A stretch of DNA of 64,000 nucleotides from Candidatus Babeliales bacterium. GTDB lineage: Bacteria; Babelota; Babeliae; Babelales; JANWKD01. The notes beneath the pieces are model-generated. The model was not told the origin of the DNA and did not search any database. It saw only the letters and a program-made list of their open reading frames with translations. A program made the translations under genes and the position numbers. This document shows positions 1 to 10,573 of the stretch, one piece after another (within the stretch, counting starts at the first letter, position 1; every line of letters begins with the position of its first letter). Location of the stretch: positions 32,001 through 96,000 of the forward strand of contig OY969622.1 in assembly GCA_963701665.1 (NCBI GenBank), read 5' to 3'.

Positions 1-777
1 ATACGCAGCACCTAAAGCAATACCACGCCCTAACTCAAAAGGAAATGCTCCAACCGTAAAATAATGATTATTTTCTAAAGGAATACCAAATGTTTCTCGT
101 ATAGCAAATTTAAGCCACATTTCTCGCATCCAGAAAATTTGGCGCGTAATAAAATGTATATGCCCACTATCAAGACTATCCAGTGTTTTTATGCGCACAG
201 GAGTTGTTCGTGCAATCTCAGGATTGCCCCAATTGCACTGATTACGAAGCGTCAAAAAGAAATCAACGATATCAAAACCATAAAATTCTTTACCGTAATA
301 AATACCAATATTAACATCAATAGTGCTACGGCTGAAGAATATTTCATCTGATTTATTAGCATTATTAAGTAAATTTGCGTTTTTAGCATAGAAGGTTTCT
401 GGTTTATATTTTACCTGAAACTTACCCGACAAATTGCCAAGATGCCAAAGTAGAGGACCTTTTGATAACGTTTTTTCAAATTCCTGATCGGGCATAGGAG
501 CATCATCAGGGATGCCAGCTTGTTCTCTATCCTTTTCCGCTAACAATTCTTGCTGCTCAGTAATCGAATAAATATCACTGTTAAGCATTGTTTCATAAGG
601 AAGTTCTTCATCAAGATCTTCTTCATGCACACTCGGCGATAATTGCTTTGTTACTTGACGCGTGTCAGCAATAGCATGATCTTTGGGCCGAGGGACCAGC
701 TGCTTTGCAACAATACAGGTACTACCTATGAATGATAAAAGAGCAATGATAAGCAAAATCTTTTTTGTGCGTTGCAT
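1..777 (-). CDS. Exported hypothetical protein, runs off the window start (possible outer-membrane beta-barrel)
   Basis: Not in the ORF track. Read by hand: ATG at 777 (MQRTKKILLIIALLSFIGSTCIVA...), open to position 1 (...FTVGAFPFELGRGIALGAAY). Sec-type signal peptide. Confidence 0.8.
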   Translation of the reverse strand, partial: MQRTKKILLIIALLSFIGSTCIVAKQLVPRPKDHAIADTRQVTKQLSPSVHEEDLDEELPYETMLNSDIYSITEQQELLAEKDREQAGIPDDAPMPDQEFEKTLSKGPLLWHLGNLSGKFQVKYKPETFYAKNANLLNNANKSDEIFFSRSTIDVNIGIYYGKEFYGFDIVDFFLTLRNQCNWGNPEIARTTPVRIKTLDSLDSGHIHFITRQIFWMREMWLKFAIRETFGIPLENNHYFTVGAFPFELGRGIALGAAY

Positions 778-988
778 ACAAAATCCATTTCAGGGTATAA
801 ACTAAGAATGAGCATTAACGAAAAGATGCACGATTTACATACGAATTTTTTACGTTTGTACGACAAGGATTGCATAGAATGTATGTAAAAAAAGGTACTG
901 TTTTCTTCACATTTGTCAAATAAAACATCAAAAAACTCACACATTGATAATACATGCACATTCCATGATTATGCATGAAAGGTTACCT

Positions 989-1894
989 ATGCACCAAAAA
1001 AAACCATTATTAATTGGCGCTCACATGTCCGTAGCCGGCGGTTATGATCAAGCGCTCAAAAAAGGAGAATCAATAGGTTGCACAGCCATTCAGCTTTTTA
1101 CAAAAAGTAATCGTCAGTGGTATGCAAAACCGATTACCAAAGAAGATGCTCAAAAGTTCAGAGACGCCCAAAAAACATCCACTATCGACTGCGTTGTAGC
1201 CCATGCAAGTTATCTCATTAATCTCGGATCTGCGGACAAAGCAACAGCAGAAAAATCTATACATGCCCTTATAGATGAACTAGAGCGTTGCGAGTTACTC
1301 GGCATTCCTTTTTTAGTATTACATCCCGGTTCCCTCGGCACTCTTTCAAAAGAAGATGGCAGCCGTCAAATTAGTAAAAATCTTGCTGTTGCCCTTGAAC
1401 AAGCTAACAGCACAACCATGATTTTGCTTGAAACTATGGCTGGCCAAGGCTCATCTTTTGGCTCCTCATTTCAAGAACTCGCATCCCTTTATACACAAAG
1501 CACTCACAAAAACCGTATTGGCTTTTGTTTTGATACCTGCCATGTGTTTGCAGCCGGGTATGATATGAGTACCGAGGCCTCCTACGAACAAGTATGGCAA
1601 CAGTTTGATGATATGCTGGGCATAGAACATCTCAAGGTTATTCACATGAACGATTCAAAAAAAACGTGTGCTTCACATGTGGATAGGCATGAGCACATTG
1701 GTAAAGGGCACATAGGACTGAGTTGTTTTGAACTTTTAATGAACGATTCTCGTTTTTTTTCTGTTGTCAAAATACTTGAAACACCAAAAGACGAAGAAAA
1801 CAAGGATGCTTTGGAGGATGATCTCCGGAATCTAACACAGCTAAAGGAATTAATGAATGAAGAAACTAGACGTCACTTTCAAGGAGAAGAGTAA
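989..1894 (+). CDS. nfo: Endonuclease IV (AP endonuclease)
   Basis: IGAHMS, HASYLINL, HPG, LETMAGQG, CFDTCHVFAAGY, HMNDSK, DRHEHIG and ILETP motifs. ATG at 989 preferred over 944. Confidence 0.95.
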   Translation: MHQKKPLLIGAHMSVAGGYDQALKKGESIGCTAIQLFTKSNRQWYAKPITKEDAQKFRDAQKTSTIDCVVAHASYLINLGSADKATAEKSIHALIDELERCELLGIPFLVLHPGSLGTLSKEDGSRQISKNLAVALEQANSTTMILLETMAGQGSSFGSSFQELASLYTQSTHKNRIGFCFDTCHVFAAGYDMSTEASYEQVWQQFDDMLGIEHLKVIHMNDSKKTCASHVDRHEHIGKGHIGLSCFELLMNDSRFFSVVKILETPKDEENKDALEDDLRNLTQLKELMNEETRRHFQGEE

Positions 1895-2122
1895 TAGCTC
1901 AATAATTTTTGAAGAAGCTAAGAAGGAATTGTAGTCAAAGATTTTGAGCTATTACTCTTACAAAAAAGCAGTGCTTCAACTCATACTACCTAAAACCAAC
2001 TATCACAGATGGTAGAATGGAGTTTAATTAGCCAACTAACTATGAAGCTTTTTAATTTTGATTAAAAAAAAACAAAAAACAATAAAATTACCGTGCACCA
2101 TAAATGCAACAACAAAAAAAAG

Positions 2123-2152
2123 CCCCAAAAAAGCCAAAAAACTTTTTTGGGG
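2123..2152. terminator. Probable terminator hairpin between convergent nfo and the MraY-family gene
   Basis: CCCCAAAAAAG-loop-CTTTTTTGGGG inverted repeat. Confidence 0.5.
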
Positions 2153-2218
2153 TTGTTTTATTGATTTAAATTTTTAAAAAGCAACAAAAATCGCATTATG
2201 CGTTGAAAAATGCCTGCA

Positions 2219-3232
2219 TTAGAAGGCTTTTTTGCGTTTATAGAACAAACAGCTGCTCCAAATCATCATAAAAAGAATGCCTAACCCTATGAGTTCAAAG
2301 AGGGTCACCTTATTAAAGACAAAAGCGAGTGCAACAAAAAACAACAAGATCGACAGGGTAAATACGTAGACTAAAATCTCATAAGCATTCCACCCGTTAT
2401 GTTTTAGGTATAAAGAAAAATGATCAGGGCTCCCTTGATAAAAAGGAATGCCTTTTTTGGAACGCACGAGAATAAGCGTACAAACCTCAACTAAGGGAAT
2501 GGCAAGAATAATGAGCGGCGTTAAAAAACCGTGCCAATTATAGAGTCCCCAATTAAATAGAAAGGGGATTGTTGCCAAAAAACCGCCTATAAAAAGAGAA
2601 CCCGCGTCACCCAGATAAATACGAGCGTGTGGTTTATTATACCACAAGAACCCAACGAGGGCGCCCAATAAGGATCCCAGCAAAAGCGCTATATTCCCCT
2701 GATTAAACGCTAATGCGATAATCATAAATGAACTTGTTGCGTAAATTGCCAGGCTTGTCGCTAAACCATCCATCACGTCAACAAGATTAAAAGCATTTAT
2801 TATAGAAAGCATCCATAATAATGAGATGGGAATATTCCAATAACTTTTTAAAAAAAATGTTTCTTTCAAAAAAAAGCCTGCTTTGAGAAAGCATAGCGAT
2901 GCTAGACATTGGCCAAAAAATTTTTGATACGGTTTGACCACTAATACATCATCAATAAGCCCTACAAACAAAAGCAACGTTGAACCAAGGATAAATAATA
3001 GAATCTTATTTTCAAAAGGATACACAAGCGCTAATGATGTTATAAAACCTAAATATACGGCAATACCACCCAGATAAGGCGTTGGTTTTTCATGCTTTTT
3101 TATTTTGCCATCAGGAATATCGAGAACTCCCAATCGCACCGCGAAATTAGCAACAATTGGTACAATATAAAGCGTGATTAAAAGAGAAATAACGATTGCA
3201 AAAAACAATTTGATTATGAGTATTGTCGCCAC
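2219..3232 (-). CDS. MraY/WecA-family polyprenyl-phosphate HexNAc-1-phosphate transferase
   Basis: P.LGG, GLIDD, NAFNLVDVMDGLA and YLGDAGS motifs; multiple transmembrane helices. Confidence 0.9.
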   Translation of the reverse strand: MATILIIKLFFAIVISLLITLYIVPIVANFAVRLGVLDIPDGKIKKHEKPTPYLGGIAVYLGFITSLALVYPFENKILLFILGSTLLLFVGLIDDVLVVKPYQKFFGQCLASLCFLKAGFFLKETFFLKSYWNIPISLLWMLSIINAFNLVDVMDGLATSLAIYATSSFMIIALAFNQGNIALLLGSLLGALVGFLWYNKPHARIYLGDAGSLFIGGFLATIPFLFNWGLYNWHGFLTPLIILAIPLVEVCTLILVRSKKGIPFYQGSPDHFSLYLKHNGWNAYEILVYVFTLSILLFFVALAFVFNKVTLFELIGLGILFMMIWSSCLFYKRKKAF

Positions 3233-3288
3233 GATGTGCTCCTTTTTTTAAGCATAGGGAACAAAATATAGCCATGTATCAAATAATA

Positions 3289-5283
3289 TTATGCAGGCAT
3301 ATCAAGGAAGCACTCGACTCTATCATCTACCTGCCAGTCATTAAAACCGTCAACAATAAATGCACACTCAAAGTCTGCGTGTACTTCTTTTACCGTTTTC
3401 CTATCGCGTTGCAAACTTTTGATGGGACCTTCGCCAATTTTATTTTTTCCACGCCATGCAATAACATAGCCATTACGCGAAAAACGCCCCTCTTTGACAT
3501 ATGATCCTGCAATGGTGCCCTCGTTTTTTGTTTCAAACACTCGTCTCACAACGGCTTCACCAATTTTTGTGCGAACCATCTTAACGGCTTGCTCTTGCTT
3601 CATCAGCAATGCGACATCATCAAGAAGGCGATAAATAATTTGAAACAATTTAACGGTAACATTATTTTTTTGAGCAAGCACAAGTGCATTTGCTTCCGGT
3701 TTAACGTGAAAACCATAAATAATTGCTTGTGTTGCAGCAGCCAAGGTAACATCGCTTTCACTAATATCACCAACAGCAGCATAGACGATATGCAATGATT
3801 TTTCACCAGCACGCGGAAGTTGATCAATAGCACCTAACAATGCTTCTTTACTTGATTTTGTATCAACTTTGATTAAAAGATTTATAGATTCACCCTGCGC
3901 AAATTTGCTCATGTCAACATCGTGCACAACGGATTTTTCTGAACGCACGTTCTTATAGCGCTCTTGAGAAACTACTTCAAAACTATCACCGGCTTCAGGC
4001 AACACAGAAAATCCTGCAACTTGAACAGGGATAGATGGAGCAACCTTCTTGAGCATGCGTCCGCGCGAATCCATCAATGAACTTACTTTGCCATGTGAAT
4101 TGCCAGCAATAAAATAATCACCAACGGCAAGAGTACCCTCATGACAGAGCACCGTTGCAACGGCACCGCGTCCTTTTTCCATCCGCGCTTCAAGAACAAA
4201 TCCTTTTGCAGGTACCGCCTCATCGGTCGTAAGTTCCATGAGTTGCGATTGTAAGATAATCATCTCAAGCAAATTATCAACACCTTGTCCTGTTTTTGCT
4301 GAAAGTGGCACAAAAAGTGTCTGCCCACCCCATTCTTCAGGTACCAAGTCATGCTGCGCAAGCTGACGCTTTACGGTCTCAATTTGCATAGGCGTTGCTT
4401 TATCAATCTTATTGACCGCAACAATAATAGGAACATTTACCGCTTTTGCATGCTTTATTGCTTCTACCGTTTGTGGCATAACACCATCATCAGCCGCAAC
4501 AACTAACACCGCAATATCAGCAACCTTTACGCCACGAGCACGCATTTTAGTAAATGCAGCATGGCCAGGAGTATCAAGGAAAACGATGTTTCCTTGCGCT
4601 GTTTCGGCTTGGTATGCACCAAGATGTTGCGTAATACCACCTTGTTCTTTTGCTGCAACTTTTGTTTTGCGAATGAAATCTAATAATGTTGTTTTACCAT
4701 GATCAACATGACCGATAATAACAACAACCGGAGAACGGCTATGCGTTTGAGCAGAGCTACGCACAAACGGCTTATGTACATCTGCCCCAACGATAGCTGG
4801 TTGCATTGTTTTTATGCCATAATGGCGCGCAATATGCTCAATTGTTTTTATTGGAAGTAATTGATTTTTAGGAGATACGAAACCCTGCTTTAAAAGCGCA
4901 ACGATAACCTCGCTTACTGGCTTGTGCATTTTGTGTGCAACTTGTGCCACTGTCATTGGCTCAAGCACTAAAACAATCTCACTGCCGTTTTTTGCAGAAG
5001 ATTGTACTGGTTGTTGTGCAACCCTTGGCGCTTCAACAACATGCTGAACAGCAACAGGTTGTGCTTGTTTTTCAGGAATTATTTTTGAAACAGGTTTTGG
5101 TTTTTCAGGTTCTTGCACCGTTTGCTTTTGAGGAGTCCCTGATGCCGGTTTTGTTACGAGATCAATTGCCTCTTGCGAAAGGGCAGACATATGGGTAAGG
5201 CCTTCAAAACCTGCATGCTGCAATTTGTCAATCAACTCTTTATTTGATAACCCAATTTTTTTTGAGAGTTCGTATACACGCAT
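3289..5283 (-). CDS. infB: Translation initiation factor IF-2
   Basis: N-terminal [28 protein letters not shown] and NKID GTPase motifs. Confidence 0.98.
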   Translation of the reverse strand: MRVYELSKKIGLSNKELIDKLQHAGFEGLTHMSALSQEAIDLVTKPASGTPQKQTVQEPEKPKPVSKIIPEKQAQPVAVQHVVEAPRVAQQPVQSSAKNGSEIVLVLEPMTVAQVAHKMHKPVSEVIVALLKQGFVSPKNQLLPIKTIEHIARHYGIKTMQPAIVGADVHKPFVRSSAQTHSRSPVVVIIGHVDHGKTTLLDFIRKTKVAAKEQGGITQHLGAYQAETAQGNIVFLDTPGHAAFTKMRARGVKVADIAVLVVAADDGVMPQTVEAIKHAKAVNVPIIVAVNKIDKATPMQIETVKRQLAQHDLVPEEWGGQTLFVPLSAKTGQGVDNLLEMIILQSQLMELTTDEAVPAKGFVLEARMEKGRGAVATVLCHEGTLAVGDYFIAGNSHGKVSSLMDSRGRMLKKVAPSIPVQVAGFSVLPEAGDSFEVVSQERYKNVRSEKSVVHDVDMSKFAQGESINLLIKVDTKSSKEALLGAIDQLPRAGEKSLHIVYAAVGDISESDVTLAAATQAIIYGFHVKPEANALVLAQKNNVTVKLFQIIYRLLDDVALLMKQEQAVKMVRTKIGEAVVRRVFETKNEGTIAGSYVKEGRFSRNGYVIAWRGKNKIGEGPIKSLQRDRKTVKEVHADFECAFIVDGFNDWQVDDRVECFLDMPA

Positions 5284-5358
5284 ATGTTTTAATTTTACCC
5301 TATGAAAGAAATTTTATGTTACATGACCATGCGTTGATTTTTCGCATCATCCCTATGC

Positions 5359-6414
5359 TCAATGATCAAGGTGCTCATCTTCATGCTGACTGAGCTTATT
5401 TGAACCACTTTGTACCAAGTGAATATTTACTCCCGTTAGTTGGGATGCCAATGAAATATTTTGTCCCATTTTGCCGATTGCGAGTGACCGCTGATCTTCT
5501 TCTAAAAAAACGTTTGCATTTCTAGCATCAACCATCTCAACACGCGATACAGCTGCTGGTTTTAAAGCATCTCTGACGAGAAGCTCAGGAGAATCATGCC
5601 ACGAAATAATATCGATTTTTTCTGTGCCAAGCTCTTTGAGAATTGGTTTTATACGTACACCACCAACACCAACACAGGTACCGACAGGATCTATGTTAGC
5701 ATCATGAGAAACAACGGCAACCTTTGATTTGTAGCCGGGAATTCTCACTACTTTCTTTATCTCAACCAACTTTTCAAAAACCTCAGGAATTTCTAATTCA
5801 AATAGCTTTTCGATGAACATAGGCGACACGCGATCCAAAATCAGCTGATTATCATTTTTAGGTTCAGGCAATACATCCTTCAAAAGGACCCGAATGGAGA
5901 ACCCAACCGCACATTTTTCACCAGGAATCGTGAGCGATTTTGGTAAAAAGGCAAGGGCATCTTCAATTTTAACAATTACACCATTACGCTCACACTTGTG
6001 AACTATGCCATGAACAATAGTGCCTTTTTTATCTTTAAATTCATTGTAAATTGCTTCGGCTTCAATATGCCTAATTTGATGAGCAATAACCTGCTTTGCA
6101 CGCAAAATTTCAATACGCCCGATTTTTCCTTCAAAAGGAACCCAGATTGTATCGCCCGCTGCAATATCAGGATTTATATTTTTAGCTTTTCGGAAACTAA
6201 TTTCAGTATCTTCATGAGTAACGGTTGGCACCACGGTTTTTTGGACATTAACCGCTATTTCGTCAGATTTCTTATCGTAATCGACCTGGAAGTGGAGGTC
6301 TGGATAGCGTTTGGCATATGCAGCAAGCATGCCTTCGCAAATAATAGAACTGAGAACAGAGCGCTCTAAGCCTTTCTCTTCGACGAGCTCTTCAATAACC
6401 TGAAAAAGTTTCAC
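5359..6414 (-). CDS. nusA: Transcription termination/antitermination factor NusA
   Basis: S1 + KH domains (AKQVI, LFELEIPE, DPVGTCVG, LAIGKMGQN); upstream of infB. Confidence 0.97.
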   Translation of the reverse strand: MKLFQVIEELVEEKGLERSVLSSIICEGMLAAYAKRYPDLHFQVDYDKKSDEIAVNVQKTVVPTVTHEDTEISFRKAKNINPDIAAGDTIWVPFEGKIGRIEILRAKQVIAHQIRHIEAEAIYNEFKDKKGTIVHGIVHKCERNGVIVKIEDALAFLPKSLTIPGEKCAVGFSIRVLLKDVLPEPKNDNQLILDRVSPMFIEKLFELEIPEVFEKLVEIKKVVRIPGYKSKVAVVSHDANIDPVGTCVGVGGVRIKPILKELGTEKIDIISWHDSPELLVRDALKPAAVSRVEMVDARNANVFLEEDQRSLAIGKMGQNISLASQLTGVNIHLVQSGSNKLSQHEDEHLDH

Positions 6415-6504
6415 GATTTCCTTTGTTAAAAAATAGAAAAATTAGGGTGTGTAGTTAGAAGTCTAGCAAAATTTTAGAAAAAAAGAAGGATGTTGTTGTT
6501 GGCC

Positions 6505-6840
6505 GCCTCCATTATCCACATTTTTTGGCTGGCTTATTATTAGTTATATATAATTTATTATATAAATATAATAATAGGCTAGCGCGTTTTTGTGGATAAC
6601 TTAGCCAATTTTTCTAAAAAAGGGCTAAGTTAACAGGTGTTTTCATCTGTTCTCGTATGTGGATAACCATGTGGATAACATGTGGATAACTTCAGGTGAA
6701 GGTTAAAAAATGCGATTATTGGCTTGCTTTCAGAGATACGGGCTTGGAAAGCTTCTTCAAGAGGCCCTTTTAAATGATGGCTAAAAAGTTATCCACATGT
6801 TATCCACATAGTTATCCACATAGTTATCCACATTTTCTAT
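6505..6840. other. Probable chromosomal replication origin (oriC)
   Basis: Nine perfect DnaA boxes: TTATCCACA at 6512, 6789, 6800, 6812, 6824 and TGTGGATAA at 6591, 6658, 6670, 6681. AT-rich stretch at 6534-6577. Spot counts of sample lines show C>G to the left and G>C to the right. Confidence 0.9.
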
Positions 6841-6854
6841 GTGAAATAAACCCA

Positions 6855-7439
6855 TTATTTTGCGTTTTTTGCTAAGGAAATTGCTAATTTTATATCCTGG
6901 CAAAAATTTTTCAATTCATCGGGGTTTCTGAGGATATAGGCTGGATGGTAAGTGGGTACAACAATATACCCATTTTTGTGTTGCTGAGTGCCTCGGATTT
7001 TGGTTATTTTAGCACCGTTTTCAAGAATTGCCTCGAGTGCCACAGACCCGAGGGTAAGGATGACTTTGGGGCGTATGATATTTATTTCAGGAACTAATAA
7101 CAGTTTTTTGAAAACGGCGGCTTCTTGAGGGGTTGGCGTACGGTTGTTGGGAGGGCGACATTTAACAACATTGGTGATATAAACATCGCTGCGAGGCATT
7201 CCATCTTCCTCTAATATTTTGGTAAGTAATTGCCCCGAGCGTCCAACAAATGGACGGCCGAGCTCATCTTCTTGTTTGCCGGGCGCTTCGCCGACGAGCA
7301 CTAATGAGGCATCAGGATTTCCCTCGCCATACACAACGCGCGTTGCGCCCGTGGATTCTATGGGAAATGATGAGCAATGTGGGAATTGTGAATACAATTC
7401 GTGCAAAAGATTTTTTTTATATAATTTTGGTGTCATCAT
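6855..7439 (-). CDS. Family 4 uracil-DNA glycosylase
   Basis: VGEAPG, PFVGRSG, YITNVVKCRPPNNR and TYHPAY motifs. Confidence 0.93.
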   Translation of the reverse strand: MMTPKLYKKNLLHELYSQFPHCSSFPIESTGATRVVYGEGNPDASLVLVGEAPGKQEDELGRPFVGRSGQLLTKILEEDGMPRSDVYITNVVKCRPPNNRTPTPQEAAVFKKLLLVPEINIIRPKVILTLGSVALEAILENGAKITKIRGTQQHKNGYIVVPTYHPAYILRNPDELKNFCQDIKLAISLAKNAK

Positions 7440-7558
7440 GTGAACTAATACTGGTTGTTGGTTTAATCAATACAACAGTATTAGCCTACAGAAAACATGG
7501 TGGAAAGTCATTAGCTGTGTTGTTGGCGCTGTGTGCAAAATAACATTTTAAACAACGT

Positions 7559-7666
7559 TGTCATTGCGAGCGAATGCGTGGCAACCCAGCTTATAAAATT
7601 AATTCATTAAAAAGGGAACTGATTAAAGTTCTGGGTCACCACGGAGCTTTGCTCCTCGTGATGACA
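7559..7666. repeat. REPIN-like palindromic element (TGTCAT...ATGACA family), copy 1
   Basis: TGTCATTGCGAG..CGTGGCAACCCAG / AT-rich spacer / CTGGGTCACCACG..CTCGTGATGACA; near-identical to 15175-15287. Confidence 0.9.
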
Positions 7667-7711
7667 TGATGTGATTTAACGACTGTGGTTCATGCAGCAA
7701 ATATAGATTCG

Positions 7712-9268
7712 TTACAGTTGTATATATTGTGCAATGAAATTGCCCCAATTATTAGTTTGTGCAAATTTTGTGTGTGCATAAGAACCATGAATGCGTTGCT
7801 CGGGGAAATATATAGAGATGCCGCGTGCTTTTGAAAGACCGTGTCCTACAACGTTGGCAATAACCATTTTTTGTATGAGGTCAAGCCCTTGTTGCAATGT
7901 TTTTATTAAATCAGTATGAATTTTGTTGTTTGAGCGTCCATTGGTATATTGAAAACGATTTATATTATTAAGGACATTTGTATAAAAATGATGTAAATCA
8001 ATAAAGCTTTGCTCAACAAACTGTGTGCAGTATAATTTATGTCTACTTGCTTTTAATGCATCGCGAACCTTGTTGCTTTTTTCAACTTTTAATGCTTCCA
8101 ATAGGAGTTTTGCAACAGTATCTATATTGTCTTCAAGCTGCGGCAATAATTCTAATGCAACAGCAGATAGTGTGAAATCCTTGGTGATTTTATGGTACAT
8201 ATCACGAAACTCATTAACAATATGTTGCGCAAAATGAGGCATTGTCATTTTTTGTTGCGCAGCTTTTGCTAGAATAGTGTCATAGCGCCATCCTAAGGCA
8301 AGTTCCACTTCTTCTGATCCGACCATGAAATCGGCATAATCTTTGATAATGTTGCCAATTTCAACCATAGACATGAGACATGCATCGAATCCTATGATAT
8401 CAAATTTTTTGCCATCTAAGCATTCTGTGCAAATTGTTTTTAGCGCATATTCCAATCCTTGATTGGTAATGTAGCGTCCCGTTGAATCATCAAAACATAA
8501 TCCACGCGGATCAGGTAATGATTGTATTAATTCTGAAAAGAATATTGAGCGATCCAATTCAAGCATGTTAATACTCGGATTATAACGGAATAGTTTGCTC
8601 GAATTAAAGGCGCTGTATTGGCCAATATCCATGATGCCTAAACCATGATTGTTGAAAATAAGTACATAATGATCAGCAGGGAAATGTGTAATGGCAAAGC
8701 GACAAAATTTTATTAACGTTTCAGGATCGCCACTATCCATTTTTTGGGTGTTTGGATCATCAGTGTTGAGCATTACCAATTGATCTTTTTTGACATAGTA
8801 AAGTTTGGTTACTTTTTGATTACCAGCCAGACGTGTATTAAGCTCGGTAACAATATTGATAAAGTTATTTGAGCCAACTTGGGTTTGTTGATCTAAATTT
8901 TTCTTTGCAAAATAAGCAAGATTATTATCGGCAGCCATATACGTTAAAAAAGTAATGTGTCTTTTTGGTTGTATTGGAAATGAACGCAATGGAATATCAG
9001 ACATTTCTGCCTGTATGTCGGCATGCAGTTGTGCGTTAGCTTCTTCTTGGGCAGAAAGCAACGCCGTGAGTACTTCCAATAATTTATTTTGATCGGTCGT
9101 ATCGTCGGTAATTTCTTGTGTAGTGGAAGTTGTAGATTCTACCGTTGCAATTTGATCGTTAATGAGTAGTTCGGAAGTAGATTGTTCAAATGCCTCTTGC
9201 GCTAGTATTGAAGATGCTAAAAGTACTATGAATAGTGCAACATTAATTTTTATACGATTAATAACCAT
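7712..9268 (-). CDS. Exported clostripain-family (peptidase C11) cysteine protease
   Basis: Signal peptide; YMAADNNL, NHG (catalytic His), GFDACLM (catalytic Cys), GSEE and GISIYFP motifs. Confidence 0.88.
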   Translation of the reverse strand: MVINRIKINVALFIVLLASSILAQEAFEQSTSELLINDQIATVESTTSTTQEITDDTTDQNKLLEVLTALLSAQEEANAQLHADIQAEMSDIPLRSFPIQPKRHITFLTYMAADNNLAYFAKKNLDQQTQVGSNNFINIVTELNTRLAGNQKVTKLYYVKKDQLVMLNTDDPNTQKMDSGDPETLIKFCRFAITHFPADHYVLIFNNHGLGIMDIGQYSAFNSSKLFRYNPSINMLELDRSIFFSELIQSLPDPRGLCFDDSTGRYITNQGLEYALKTICTECLDGKKFDIIGFDACLMSMVEIGNIIKDYADFMVGSEEVELALGWRYDTILAKAAQQKMTMPHFAQHIVNEFRDMYHKITKDFTLSAVALELLPQLEDNIDTVAKLLLEALKVEKSNKVRDALKASRHKLYCTQFVEQSFIDLHHFYTNVLNNINRFQYTNGRSNNKIHTDLIKTLQQGLDLIQKMVIANVVGHGLSKARGISIYFPEQRIHGSYAHTKFAQTNNWGNFIAQYIQL

Positions 9269-9333
9269 GCTATCCCCCTTCTTTATATAATTATAATTAC
9301 CTTAGAACATTGCACGCTTTTCAGGCAAGAGTT

Positions 9334-10449
9334 TTATGCTTGTGCAGTGCGATATTTAGCATTATGAATACAGGCGAGTGCAAAGGTAAGCCCAAAGCTG
9401 AGCTGAAAATCGAGAAAAAAAAGATGTAGGGGATTTATGGCGAGCAAGAAGATGGTGACGACGCTCAACACATGCAGCGGATTAATTTGGACTTTTAAAA
9501 GGGTATACAAAGCGTACGCCGCATACGTGATAAACGCGCGCGTGAAAGAAATATTTGACCAACTTAAAACAAAGTAAACGAAACAAAATCCTAATAAAAT
9601 AATTGATTTTATTGGTTGCGAAATCGGAATCAAACGCAATAAGAATGTCCAACAGAGCAGAAAAATAATTAAATGAAGCCCAGATCGTGCAAGATAATGT
9701 GAAAGTCCCCAATATTTAAATCGTTCTTTTATGGAAGAAAAATATTTTTTATCAACTGAACGATTGCCGAGAAATAATGAATTAAAAAATGAAAAACAAG
9801 AGCGGGACATTTTTGTTTTTAGGCTCTGCAATAAGCTACTTTTTATTTCAAAACACCACCTGCTTAAAGAAAAACGAGGGCGTTCCACAAGCGAGGGAAT
9901 TTCATGAATAAAAAAGCTTGCGCTTATTCCTTCTTTTAATAAATAAAATTCATAACGCTGATTTTTGGGCCGCTTTAAACATATGTTTGGAATATGTATT
10001 GTATCGCCTACCGTAAGATGAGCACATGTTTGTTGTAGGTAGACAAGGCATCTTACATTTACCTCTTTCTTTGTTAACGAATGTTGCTCATGAAGCTCAT
10101 GCACTTGAAGGGTGAGAATTTCTTTTGTGGGAGAATTTTTTTGTTCTTGTTTATCGAGAATAACGCCGATGAGATTATAGATTTGATTGTCAAACTCAAG
10201 ACTTTGATTATGAATTTCCTGTTTATAGAACAAGCAGAGCATACCACCAAAAAATGCACTCGTTACCAGTAAAAACAATGATTTTTGTTTTAAAATTAAA
10301 CCGATGAAAATGAAACTAAAACATAATAAAAGTATGCAGTGTATTGATAAAGAAAGAGATATTTGCGTACAAATGCCACATATTAAAGCAAATAAACAAA
10401 AAATACTGGGATGATAGTGAGGAAGATGCAAGAGGTGCGGGAAAGACAT
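9334..10449 (-). CDS. ComEC/Rec2-family competence membrane protein (short form)
   Basis: GLSHYLARSGLH and DFQLSF motifs; no C-terminal metallo-beta-lactamase domain. Confidence 0.8.
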   Translation of the reverse strand: MSFPHLLHLPHYHPSIFCLFALICGICTQISLSLSIHCILLLCFSFIFIGLILKQKSLFLLVTSAFFGGMLCLFYKQEIHNQSLEFDNQIYNLIGVILDKQEQKNSPTKEILTLQVHELHEQHSLTKKEVNVRCLVYLQQTCAHLTVGDTIHIPNICLKRPKNQRYEFYLLKEGISASFFIHEIPSLVERPRFSLSRWCFEIKSSLLQSLKTKMSRSCFSFFNSLFLGNRSVDKKYFSSIKERFKYWGLSHYLARSGLHLIIFLLCWTFLLRLIPISQPIKSIILLGFCFVYFVLSWSNISFTRAFITYAAYALYTLLKVQINPLHVLSVVTIFLLAINPLHLFFLDFQLSFGLTFALACIHNAKYRTAQA

Positions 10450-10573
10450 GGTTTTATAATTCTATCTGAATGCTTTTGTGAATTTTTATTAAATTGACTA
10501 TAATAATATAGAATACAGGTGTTAACCTGTAAATAGCGAAATAATAGATAAACTAGTGTAAAAAGGGCAATTT

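Noticed and set aside
139..959. Track ORFs 139-351 (+) and 726-959 (-)
   Set aside because: They overlap the better-supported 1-777 minus-strand gene or its promoter region and show no protein-like features
1895..2120. Long intergenic region after nfo as a possible small RNA
   Set aside because: No supportable structure or promoter found by eye
6658..6832. Short tandem repeats as a possible CRISPR array or iterons
   Set aside because: They are DnaA boxes with 2-3 bp gaps; no spacers and no cas or rep gene
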